Virus record (IMG/VR): IMGVR_UViG_3300005253_000079
Span: 1 to 61,332 of that record
Length of the DNA: 61,332 nt
Source of the DNA: a virus
Lineage: Duplodnaviria; Caudoviricetes
Direction: 5' to 3' (one strand)
Shown: positions 53,518 through 61,332 of the stretch, in pieces
Layout: the number at the start of each line of letters is the position of its first letter
Position numbering within the stretch: position 1 is the first letter of the stretch
Notes under the pieces: model-generated
Seen by the model: only the letters and a program-made list of their open reading frames with translations
The model's database searches: none
Told to the model about the DNA's origin: nothing
Translations under genes and position numbers: made by a program

Positions 53518-54353
53518 GTGACTTCACAATAGTCCACGATGACGCCTATACTACCCGTCTCAACGAGAAGATCGTTGATAAGTATGGGCCTAAGGATGAC
53601 AGGCCAGGACTACATGCAACTGACTTGATCATGTGCCTCCGAAAAGCTTGGGCTAAGAAGCATATCCCAACTGAGCAGCAGACTCAGGTATCAGAAGATA
53701 CCATCTTAACATGGAGCGGTGGCCTAATATTCGAGGACCTGATCTCAACAGGTGAGAAGCAGAAGCAGGCCGCGTATTGCTTTCACTGCCTCCAAGTCAG
53801 TTCTGTTATCCAGCCAGAGCCGGTCAACTGTCCTGTATGCAACCATCCCTGGATCATCTTTACTCCTGATTACATAGATGAGGAGATTATTCACGAGGTA
53901 AAGCAAACACGCAAATCTAGTCGTAAGGGACCCGAGAACGCTCCCTGGTGGATTGACCAGCTACGCACATACCTGCTGTTTGCTAGACGTGCAGGATGGA
54001 CTGATACGCAGGTTACTAGGTTAGTAGTCAACTGGCTAATGGGCGACTATGGGAGTAAGAAGAAAGGTGAGATACCTCGACCTCCACAGTCAACCCTAGA
54101 CGCCTACTTGGTAATCTTCAATGATGGATTTGAGAACGACTGGGAGTTGGAGTTACAGCGACGAGCGCAGGTAGTCTTAGGTGAGGATATGCCTATGCTA
54201 AAAGGTATGGGTGAGGAGTTTGGGTCTGACGGGCTTAGTCCTCAGTACGATTGGGAGTGTGCGAGTTGTCCAGTCGGTGATATAATCGACTGCGAACTAA
54301 GGAAGCAGTGGGATGTAGTCGATGAGAAGGAGGTGGTTGGTGATGAAGAGTAA
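53514..54353 (+). CDS. Cas4-like PD-(D/E)xK nuclease with extra zinc ribbon
   Basis: HATDL..C.RK, TPD...EVK, QL..Y, C-terminal CxxC...C; inserted CFHC/CPVC. Confidence 0.8.
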   Translation: MSDFTIVHDDAYTTRLNEKIVDKYGPKDDRPGLHATDLIMCLRKAWAKKHIPTEQQTQVSEDTILTWSGGLIFEDLISTGEKQKQAAYCFHCLQVSSVIQPEPVNCPVCNHPWIIFTPDYIDEEIIHEVKQTRKSSRKGPENAPWWIDQLRTYLLFARRAGWTDTQVTRLVVNWLMGDYGSKKKGEIPRPPQSTLDAYLVIFNDGFENDWELELQRRAQVVLGEDMPMLKGMGEEFGSDGLSPQYDWECASCPVGDIIDCELRKQWDVVDEKEVVGDEE

Positions 54354-54564
54354 AGAGGAGGAGTGGGAAGATTGGGAGGAGCGCCAATGGTCGATTTTTA
54401 TGGTAGCAAGGCGAAAGGAGAACGCTGAGGCTAGCGTCGCTCTTAGTCATGAAGCAGACTGTGATTGTGGTACGTGTAAGAGGGTGAGGAGACGTGCATT
54501 AGAGGAGGAGTTAAAGATGGAGATGCAGAAGGTGGAGGATGAAGGAGGGCATCACTTTGAGTGA
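54343..54564 (+). CDS. Small hypothetical protein (H...CxCxxC)
   Basis: GGAGGT SD. Confidence 0.55.
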   Translation: MKSKEEEWEDWEERQWSIFMVARRKENAEASVALSHEADCDCGTCKRVRRRALEEELKMEMQKVEDEGGHHFE

Positions 54565-55420
54565 GGACGTAAGATCTAAGTATGGTGCTGTAGACGGATC
54601 GAAGCTGAATGGTGCACCTCCTATCCTCCCCTTTAGTATAAGCGTAGAGGGTCAAGAAGGAACTGGCAAATCACAGTTTGGCCTACTCACCTGCCCAACA
54701 CCGATCGTCCATATAAACTTCGGTGACAGAGACGCTACTGCCTTTCTCTATGATATGTCTGAGGATCGTAGATCTAAGACCACTCTCTACTCTTTCGCAC
54801 CGTCTGGTCCGGATGGTTGGACCCGTGCTGAGGCAAAGCAGTCTCTTCTAGGACTCAGTGATATTGCTAAGTCAGAACTAGCTGATAACAAACTAGCTGG
54901 CGGTACGTTTATACTGGACTCTGGATCGTCATGGTGGGACTCAGTACAAGAGGTTTATGTAGCGCCTCTTGAGGAGGAACGTGACGCAGAAGGCAAGAAG
55001 AGGTCTGGCGGGCTGATCTATGGCAAGGGCAACCTGGTCGTGTCTGGTGTTGTGTCTTGGATCAAGAACCAGGGCTGTTTCTTTGTCCTGACACATCAGA
55101 AGTCTCAGTCATGGGACTCACAGGGGCCAATACCCGGACAATATAAAGCCCGTATTAACTCTAAGGTTCCCTACCTAGTAGAGATTAGACTAGACTTGCG
55201 GCTTGAATGTGTATCCTGTGCTGTTAAATCACCTATAGTTGGTGAGCAGGATTGTCGTAAGCAGGGGCATATTGGTAGGAACCACGTTGCTAGGATTATC
55301 AAGTTTGGCCGATCAACTGCACTAATAGGAGTTGAGTTTTCAAATAGCGATATATCGTTTAGCAATATATACTCCCTGTATGCGAGGGGTGATTTCCCTG
55401 GGCAAGAGAGGTTAGTATGA
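54539..55420 (+). CDS. Sak4/AAA_24-like P-loop ATPase recombinase
   Basis: GQEGTGKS, ILDSGS, LTH; next to the Cas4-like nuclease. Confidence 0.75.
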   Translation: MKEGITLSEDVRSKYGAVDGSKLNGAPPILPFSISVEGQEGTGKSQFGLLTCPTPIVHINFGDRDATAFLYDMSEDRRSKTTLYSFAPSGPDGWTRAEAKQSLLGLSDIAKSELADNKLAGGTFILDSGSSWWDSVQEVYVAPLEEERDAEGKKRSGGLIYGKGNLVVSGVVSWIKNQGCFFVLTHQKSQSWDSQGPIPGQYKARINSKVPYLVEIRLDLRLECVSCAVKSPIVGEQDCRKQGHIGRNHVARIIKFGRSTALIGVEFSNSDISFSNIYSLYARGDFPGQERLV

Positions 55421-56136
55421 GTGGGCCGTTAGTTATAGTCGATGATCGAGAGCCTTCTAATGCGGTTGATAGACTACAAGCATACGGACTACAAGCAATC
55501 TCGGGCCGACTAGAGGCTGGCGACTATACATTCTATCCGCATGGGCTTACCGCAATCATAGAGCGCAAGACTATTTCTAACTTACTCCAGTCCCTATCGG
55601 ACAAGCAGATGGTAGCTCAGGCACATAGGATGGTTGATATAGGAGACATCTCCTTCCTCTTACGCGAAGGAGCCTTTCGTCGATCACCAGGCGGTGCAGT
55701 AGAATACTACTCACCTAAAGACCCACGACAGGTCGATAGTTGGGTGCTGTCAGGCTGGTCGTGGGATAGCTTCCAGGGCATGATGCTAGACCTACAACTC
55801 ATGGGCATTAGAATTACCGACTGCCCTGTTCTCGGTGAATACCCATCAGAAGTAGCCCGACTAGTGATAAACCTATCAAAAGATGAGCATAGATGGATTA
55901 GGGAGCGTCAGCGTCCTGATGTCACTGTGATCGATCCACAGTACAAAAACGCCCTATGGTCATTAAGTGCCTTCACAGGTATAGGTCCAGGGACAGCCGA
56001 GGCGTTGCTTAGTAGTTTAGGGTCGATTAAGGCTATCAGTGATGCAGACGTAAAGGAGTTACAGAAGGCGGATGGAGTGGGTCCTAAGCTGGCACAGTCG
56101 CTCTATGATGAGATGAGGGAAGAATGGCGGGCGTGA
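55417..56136 (+). CDS. XPF/ERCC4 structure-specific nuclease with HhH2
   Basis: VDDRE, L..GDY, IERK...L..S; GIGP..A and GVGP..A HhH motifs. Confidence 0.93.
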   Translation: MSGPLVIVDDREPSNAVDRLQAYGLQAISGRLEAGDYTFYPHGLTAIIERKTISNLLQSLSDKQMVAQAHRMVDIGDISFLLREGAFRRSPGGAVEYYSPKDPRQVDSWVLSGWSWDSFQGMMLDLQLMGIRITDCPVLGEYPSEVARLVINLSKDEHRWIRERQRPDVTVIDPQYKNALWSLSAFTGIGPGTAEALLSSLGSIKAISDADVKELQKADGVGPKLAQSLYDEMREEWRA

Positions 56137-56438
56137 TTATCCACGACGATAGACAGCAGCGGTGGTACGTCACTGAGGACGATCCTGCCTGGAAGCTAGT
56201 CAGTACCCTAATTCGTCTGGGGTATAGAAAGATAGAACTGCCAACCATGTCAATTAGGATTGGTAGTGTTCCCAATTTAGGTAGAATGGCAGAGGATATG
56301 GTTCCTCTGGTGGAAGCTTATGAGAAGATAGAGGCATCGTCGTCGGATCCTAAACTTCTAAATAGTATGGGTGTTGCCCTTGCACAGCTTTCGACTTTAT
56401 GGGACTGTTGCCTTGCACTACAGAATGAGGTATACTAG
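56124..56438 (+). CDS. Hypothetical protein
   Basis: Overlaps the previous stop. Confidence 0.6.
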   Translation: MAGVIIHDDRQQRWYVTEDDPAWKLVSTLIRLGYRKIELPTMSIRIGSVPNLGRMAEDMVPLVEAYEKIEASSSDPKLLNSMGVALAQLSTLWDCCLALQNEVY

Positions 56439-56466
56439 CTTATAGTAGACTAAAGGAGGTGGCTAA

Positions 56467-56895
56467 TTGACAGATGCTAAACGGGCAAGGCGAGTCAGAC
56501 CTATTATCGACTCCTGGGCAGAGTTCTTAGGAATATCGCACACCTGGGAAATCAAGTTTGGCTTCACCGACGAGCTTGGCTCAGTAATAAGTGGTGGTGA
56601 GGCGGCTGCTACCATAGCGTTCCAACACCCTTATCGACAGGCAATTATTCAGTTCAGCCGAACGCAGGTCGATCGCTTCAGCAACGATGACCTTGAGTCT
56701 TGCATTTTACACGAGCTTATTCATATTATTGTAGAAGAAGTAAACGGACCAATAAAAGTATTGATTGGAGATGACGGTAGCGTATATAGCGAACTACATA
56801 ATCACATAGAATCTCTGGTTGACGCGCTGACTAGAATTATACTGCGGATCGATACAGCTAAGGGGAGGAAGGGAGTTAAGTTTGGAAGTTACTGA
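56467..56895 (+). CDS. HExxH zinc metallopeptidase-like protein
   Basis: CILHELIH...E. Confidence 0.8.
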   Translation: MTDAKRARRVRPIIDSWAEFLGISHTWEIKFGFTDELGSVISGGEAAATIAFQHPYRQAIIQFSRTQVDRFSNDDLESCILHELIHIIVEEVNGPIKVLIGDDGSVYSELHNHIESLVDALTRIILRIDTAKGRKGVKFGSY

Positions 56896-57748
56896 TTTCG
56901 TCCCACAGAAGTTTGCATCTAAACGTTTCCCGTTTGAGGAACTCCGCCTAATGCCTATTGGAGACATCCAGTTCACCGGCCTTCCCGATGATCCGTGCGA
57001 CATCAAACGCTTAAAGCGTCATATTGAATGGGGAGTTGAGAACGATGTCATCTTTATTGGTATGGGAGACTATACTGACTTTGCGTCACCATCTAATCGG
57101 GCTCGCCTCAAGTCTGCTGGTCTCTACGACACGGCGCAAATAGTACTCGAACAGGCCGCTGAGACCGGCTTAGATAAACTAAAGAAGATCCTCGAGCCGA
57201 CTAAGGGAAGATGGCTTGGCCTTCTCGAAGGTCATCACTTCTATGAATTCGACGATGGTACGACTACAGATATGCAGCTCGCCAGATTTCTTGATGCACC
57301 ATTCCTAGGCAACTGTGCAATGATTCGTCTGACGTTTGTTCGTGGTGAATCGTCAGGAGTCAACTGTGTGATCTGGGCTCATCATGGGGTTGGTAGTGGC
57401 ATTACTGCTGCTGCTCCTCTAAACAGGCTTGAGCGCGTGGCTACCCACTTCGACGCTGACATATACCTTATGGGACACCACCACAAGGCTGCTAGTGCCT
57501 TGCTGGATAGGCTGTGCCTTACGTCTAGAGGTAGGCCAAGGCTCGTTGATCGGACTAAGGCGCTCGTGGCAACCGGATCGTTTCTACGAGGCTATATGCA
57601 AGGCTCCGGGCGCAAGTATGGACGGGCTCAGGGGACATATGTAGAGCAAAAGATGCTTATGCCAGTAGCCCTTGGCGGCCCCCTAATTACTATTACTCCA
57701 AGAAGTCATCAGAGTTTCAAGGATGTAGATATAAAGGTGTCGGTCTAA
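56882..57748 (+). CDS. Calcineurin-like metallophosphoesterase
   Basis: GDIQ, MGDYTD, EGHH, HHG, MGHHH. Confidence 0.9.
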   Translation: MEVTDFVPQKFASKRFPFEELRLMPIGDIQFTGLPDDPCDIKRLKRHIEWGVENDVIFIGMGDYTDFASPSNRARLKSAGLYDTAQIVLEQAAETGLDKLKKILEPTKGRWLGLLEGHHFYEFDDGTTTDMQLARFLDAPFLGNCAMIRLTFVRGESSGVNCVIWAHHGVGSGITAAAPLNRLERVATHFDADIYLMGHHHKAASALLDRLCLTSRGRPRLVDRTKALVATGSFLRGYMQGSGRKYGRAQGTYVEQKMLMPVALGGPLITITPRSHQSFKDVDIKVSV

Positions 57749-58335
57749 TGAAAACTCCACCTGAATTAAGTTTCCCAACAGTTAATTTTATACAGTTCCA
57801 TAATGCAAACAGGAATATCTTTATCCACTCAACACGCTCGGGCCGGGACTGGCCTGCTATTATGGACTTTGAGCCAACGATCCAGTGGTTCCAGGGCGAC
57901 AGCGGCCTCTCTAGCCACCTAGTTATAGGGGGCCGGATTGCCCGAATGGTTGACGATGACGATAGTGCTATACATGCTGGAGGTGCCAACAATCTTAAAA
58001 GCCTCGCAATAGAGATTGTGCAGCCAAAGATTGACACTCCCTTTATTCCTGCTAGTCTCGACTTAGCTGCCTGGTCGTGTGCTGTCTGGTGTCTCAAGTA
58101 CGGTATCCCACCAGTCCGTATATTCAGTCAGACAGAGGTCGGTATAATCGGTCATGAGGATAGTGAGCAGGGTAGGTCTAGTGGTAAGTCTGATCCTGGT
58201 CCTCTGTTCCCCTGGAATATGTTTATTAAGAGAGTGAAGACACTGATGCTATTTGGGAGTCTTGAGCCCCATATTCTAAAGGGTGATTACCTAAAGATTC
58301 TGGGCATTTTGCGGTATGTAGGAGTGGAGGTATAG
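57748..58335 (+). CDS. N-acetylmuramoyl-L-alanine amidase (endolysin)
   Basis: IFIHST, SSH, HAG..N..S..IE, GH, K.DPG..FPW. Confidence 0.9.
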   Translation: MKTPPELSFPTVNFIQFHNANRNIFIHSTRSGRDWPAIMDFEPTIQWFQGDSGLSSHLVIGGRIARMVDDDDSAIHAGGANNLKSLAIEIVQPKIDTPFIPASLDLAAWSCAVWCLKYGIPPVRIFSQTEVGIIGHEDSEQGRSSGKSDPGPLFPWNMFIKRVKTLMLFGSLEPHILKGDYLKILGILRYVGVEV

Positions 58336-58340
58336 GCAGA

Positions 58341-58730
58341 TTGAAAGTAGTTTATGTTGTAGGACCGTATACAGGCGAAACGCACGATAGTCGATCTCAC
58401 TTCGAGATATCTAGACATATCCTAGATGCATCAGAGATGGCAAGGGCCTTGTGTGAGCAGGGGATTGGTTACTTCTGTCCTCATCTACATGGTGCCCACT
58501 TCGAGTCTATTGCTCCAGACGTAAAACCTAACTACTGGTACGAGTTGGATAATTTCTTTCTAGACTTCTGCCATGCTGGTCTATTCCTACCTGCTTGGGG
58601 TAAGAGTACAGGGAGTCGGGACGAACATCAGAGACTAAAGGATCAGGGCAAGCCTATATTCTTTGCTCGCCATACAGGTAAGGTTCCAGAGGATTTGCTT
58701 AAATGGGCTAAAGGAGGTAGCAATGGCTGA
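58341..58730 (+). CDS. DUF1937/DUF4406-like NDT-fold protein
   Basis: VYVVGPY, CPH, W...D...L..C....LP.W..S.G...E. Confidence 0.75.
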   Translation: MKVVYVVGPYTGETHDSRSHFEISRHILDASEMARALCEQGIGYFCPHLHGAHFESIAPDVKPNYWYELDNFFLDFCHAGLFLPAWGKSTGSRDEHQRLKDQGKPIFFARHTGKVPEDLLKWAKGGSNG

Positions 58731-59271
58731 GACACCTGGAAAACTTGGTTATGAGGGGTACGAAACAAAGGAATCTGGTAAGCGTGAGGAGTTTGGCACA
58801 GGCTCAATTAGAGACACACGAGAGGGCAAGGGACGCTATGACCTAATCACTCCACTCGGTCTCAAGCGTGTAGCCGGTGTCTACGAACGAGGTGCCGCTA
58901 AGTACGGTGATCGTAATTGGGAGAAAGGTCAGCCGATTAGTCGCTACCTAGACTCAGCCTTACGACACATATATGAACACCTTGAGGGGCTACGAGACGA
59001 GGATCACCTAGCTCAAGCTGCCTGGAATATACTAGCTGCTACTCATACCGATGAGATGATCAAGCGGGGGCTGTTTAGTTCAAAACTAGATGACTTAGTT
59101 AGCTACCAGATCGATGACGAAGCTTCACAGAGCAAGCTTATAAAAGTGTGGGCACAGTATTTTGCAAAGCGCACGAAGGTAATTGAGGCTACCAGGCTAA
59201 AAAGAGAAGCGGCTGAGCATCTCAACAGCCCCATAAATAATACTTGCTGCGGCGGCGACAAGTGCCGTTAG
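58723..59271 (+). CDS. DUF5664-like dATP/dGTP diphosphohydrolase domain protein
   Basis: K.RYDLI...GA.KYG.RNWEKG...DSA.RH...EDHLA.AAWN; AGGAGGT SD before ATG at 58723. Confidence 0.85.
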   Translation: MAETPGKLGYEGYETKESGKREEFGTGSIRDTREGKGRYDLITPLGLKRVAGVYERGAAKYGDRNWEKGQPISRYLDSALRHIYEHLEGLRDEDHLAQAAWNILAATHTDEMIKRGLFSSKLDDLVSYQIDDEASQSKLIKVWAQYFAKRTKVIEATRLKREAAEHLNSPINNTCCGGDKCR

Positions 59272-59421
59272 TTTGACTTGCGACTTACGTCCGTGATGGT
59301 TTGTACTATGGTATGTATGAGAATCTATAAGGCTGTCAATACGCTCTTCGATCCGGTTAAGGCGATCGTCGAGGCGGTCCTCAAGCCTGTCAACCCGATC
59401 ACTAACGTCTTTAACTCTCAT
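59197..59421 (-). CDS. Coiled-coil plus C-terminal TM protein (holin/XhlA-like)
   Basis: RVDRLEDRLDDRLNRIEERID plus hydrophobic tail. Confidence 0.55.
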   Translation of the reverse strand: MRVKDVSDRVDRLEDRLDDRLNRIEERIDSLIDSHTYHSTNHHGRKSQVKLTALVAAAASIIYGAVEMLSRFSF

Positions 59422-59459
59422 AACATATCTCCCGCTAATTATACCACATAGAGGCTATA

Positions 59460-59855
59460 ATGAACAGAAGACAGAGACGAGATCTGAAGTTTCACCAAAG
59501 GAGGATTTCTGTGGAAAACCGTGAAGAGAGAATCCAGAGATTACTTGAGAAGATCGATCCGACTATTAGGAAAAACAAACTGGAGGAGCAGAAGAAGCAG
59601 CTCGAGGATCGACTAATGGATGCTCAGTCCAACTTCGAGAGCCAGACTAGGCTCACCGAGCGTCACAAGCAGGCTCTCAAGACTGCGAAGAATGACGACG
59701 GCAAGATCAGGAAAGAGATAGATCTAGAGCGGGCTGAGGCGGCACTTGGTCAGACCGAAGACTTCCTGGAGTTGGTTGTCGAGCAGCTCGAAGAGACTGA
59801 CGAGAAGCTAGAGGAGCTGAAGAAGGCCGGTACTACGAAGAAGGGTAAGTCCTAG
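59460..59855 (+). CDS. Coiled-coil hypothetical protein
   Basis: MNRRQRR start, heptad-rich. Confidence 0.7.
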   Translation: MNRRQRRDLKFHQRRISVENREERIQRLLEKIDPTIRKNKLEEQKKQLEDRLMDAQSNFESQTRLTERHKQALKTAKNDDGKIRKEIDLERAEAALGQTEDFLELVVEQLEETDEKLEELKKAGTTKKGKS

Positions 59856-60091
59856 TCTTCACAAACTAGTAGTCCGAAGTATGGAGCTACGTGCTTCAAC
59901 GTATAGTTTAGACCACGCTGATCAGCAGACATCATAACATCTAATATGGAGATCGTCCCGTCTCCGTTGAAGTCTGCTGTGGGGCGGTTGTCTGCGCACT
60001 CAACAGCGGATACACTGGTATAGGTGGCTACTGGCAGTGCAGTGCTTACAGCCAGGATCATTGCTACAATTAGATTCGTCATTGGCTTCAA
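59852..60091 (-). CDS. Secreted protein with dockerin/EF-hand-like motif
   Basis: Signal peptide plus ADFNGDGTISILD, Cys pair. Confidence 0.7.
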   Translation of the reverse strand: MKPMTNLIVAMILAVSTALPVATYTSVSAVECADNRPTADFNGDGTISILDVMMSADQRGLNYTLKHVAPYFGLLVCED

Positions 60092-60105
60092 TATAACATA
60101 CCTTT

Positions 60106-60711
60106 CTACAGTATCGCAGGACTCATGCCAGCGAGCGTTCCCGCCGGTCGAGCCGCTGCTACTACTGCCGCCGAGTGGTCGATGTCGAGTTTGGGCGCGA
60201 GCGCCGCATCCTGAAAGTAGTTTAATGCTACACGCTCTCCAGTACCTGACGTGAAGATGTGCAGGAGAACGATGGTCGAGGGATCATAGCTGTCGGCGAG
60301 TTCCTGGATGATGTCCGCGATGGTGTTGACGCCGTCGCCGGTGAAGGTCTCGTCGGCACCACTAGTCCAGTTGCCAAAGTCCGTCCCGTCACCTTCACAG
60401 GTAGCGGTGGTCTGGGTCCGGTCCGTTATATTATTAACGGTCGTGGTGAACGTCGGCGGAGCTTCCGCGTCCTCTGCAAACCAGTCACCGATGAATGCTC
60501 CAGAGTCAGTTGCCGATGCACGGAAAGTAAGCGTGGCGCTGTCAATGGTGGATCCTGACAAGCCCGAAACGCCCGTAAATCTTATACCGTTGTGTTCCTC
60601 ACTTAAATCACTACCAAATGCGACGGGGTCAAAGAGGTTCATGCCTCCGCTCGAAACAAACTGGACGGCATCGTCACTGTTCACCGCCACCTGTAGGTTC
60701 AGCGTCGTCAC
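60106..60711 (-). CDS. Virion-associated beta-sandwich protein (DNRLRE-like)
   Basis: DDA...GIRF...I.SATLT...APKL.I pattern; downstream of the fibre. Confidence 0.6.
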   Translation of the reverse strand: MTTLNLQVAVNSDDAVQFVSSGGMNLFDPVAFGSDLSEEHNGIRFTGVSGLSGSTIDSATLTFRASATDSGAFIGDWFAEDAEAPPTFTTTVNNITDRTQTTATCEGDGTDFGNWTSGADETFTGDGVNTIADIIQELADSYDPSTIVLLHIFTSGTGERVALNYFQDAALAPKLDIDHSAAVVAAARPAGTLAGMSPAIL

Positions 60712-61187
60712 GGCCCCATGACCTCTATATCCGCCCCCACCAAGGCCCTAACCTCTGGCTTCGCCAGCACCCCCTCTGGGTCGCTCTGGTCACGATGGAT
60801 GCGCGGGTCTAGCTTGCTTCCGATATCACCACGCGCCTGCGCCCTCTTCCAGTACGCCTCAATGTTGGCCTTCATCTCATCAGGGAGATCGTGGTCCACC
60901 GTCTCGCGATCGAACTGGTCATTGGGAATATCCCTAGTCGTCTCTGCTTTAGGATCAACAAAAGTGCCATCCAGGAGCTTCAGCCGCCCATCGGCCCGAG
61001 TGACAATCCGGACAGAAGTTGTATGTAGTTGCATAAGGAAGTCGTTAATCAGAATAGGTGGTTTGCCGCGCTCAAAATTCGCGCGGCCAGTCCAGAAGTC
61101 TACCAAAACGTAAGTGAGTCTACTGTCCTTCACCGTACTGATCTCCCTGATCTTATATAACACACCGGCAATGACTGGAAGAATCAT
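60708..61187 (-). CDS. Hypothetical protein downstream of the fibre (possible fibre chaperone)
   Basis: ATGA coupling to the fibre stop. Confidence 0.65.
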   Translation of the reverse strand: MILPVIAGVLYKIREISTVKDSRLTYVLVDFWTGRANFERGKPPILINDFLMQLHTTSVRIVTRADGRLKLLDGTFVDPKAETTRDIPNDQFDRETVDHDLPDEMKANIEAYWKRAQARGDIGSKLDPRIHRDQSDPEGVLAKPEVRALVGADIEVMGP

Positions 61188-61332
61188 GACGAGAGCGCGC
61201 TCACTGTGTATTCTAACTTCACGGCTATAAGACGGGCATCGACTCCAAGATTGTCCCCACTCACATCTCGGTGAACACGAATGAATAGCAGCTCGCCGCC
61301 AGCACCCCCTGCCGCAACCGCACTGGTAGCAC
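61184..61332 (-). CDS. C-terminal end of the junction-spanning tail fibre/spike
   Basis: Same frame as 1..3816 after merging the overlap; TGA overlaps the ATG of 60708..61187 (ATGA). Confidence 0.85.
   Translation of the reverse strand, partial: ATSAVAAGGAGGELLFIRVHRDVSGDNLGVDARLIAVKLEYTVSALSS
61208..61332. repeat. Terminal direct repeat / circular assembly overlap, copy 2
   Basis: Matches 1-125; lies inside a CDS that continues across the junction. Confidence 0.97.

Noticed and set aside
53083-59271. 2-aminoadenine (Z) or 7-deazaguanine genome
   Set aside because: No PurZ or FolE/QueC/QueD/DpdA-like ORF recognised
1-61332. Stop-codon reassignment suggested by abundant TAG/CTAG
   Set aside because: Core genes (TerL, portal, PolA, helicase) are full length in code 11, many genes end in TAG followed by an SD, and no suppressor tRNA is seen
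29750-61332. Temperate lifestyle module
   Set aside because: No integrase, ParA or CI-like repressor recognised; lifestyle undetermined

Overview
The window is an apparently complete, circularly assembled ~61.2 kb tailed dsDNA phage genome. Bases 1-125 recur at 61208-61332, and a 1279-aa tail fibre/spike ORF missing from the supplied ORF track reads through the junction. Two gene arms diverge from a ~1 kb non-coding control region at ~29.75-30.75 kb. The minus-strand arm is a podovirus-like morphogenesis block: TerS, TerL, portal, putative ejection proteins including a 1766-aa protein, scaffold, major capsid, two pairs of paralogous decoration-like proteins, adaptor, nozzle and fibre; no tape measure or sheath gene was seen. 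The plus-strand arm starts with many tiny early genes sharing a GGAGGTAGCTGTCATG start cassette. Next is a phospho-transfer-like operon (stand-alone PEP-utilising His-swivel domain, unknown enzyme-like protein, CX5R phosphatase) bracketed by two long-stem structured elements. After that come a DNA MTase, family-4 UDG, macro domain, SLT, PolA, RNA ligase, DinG/XPD helicase, Cas4-like nuclease, Sak4-like ATPase, XPF/ERCC4 nuclease, nucleotide-metabolism genes and an amidase. No primase, integrase, tRNA, CRISPR array or reverse transcriptase was recognised. The most unusual signals are a set of unexplained structured non-coding elements with G-U wobble bias on the transcribed strand, the phospho-module they flank, and a CTAG/CTAGCAC cluster in the control region. 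All assignments come from manual motif reading and manual base-pairing; no database search or folding program was run.
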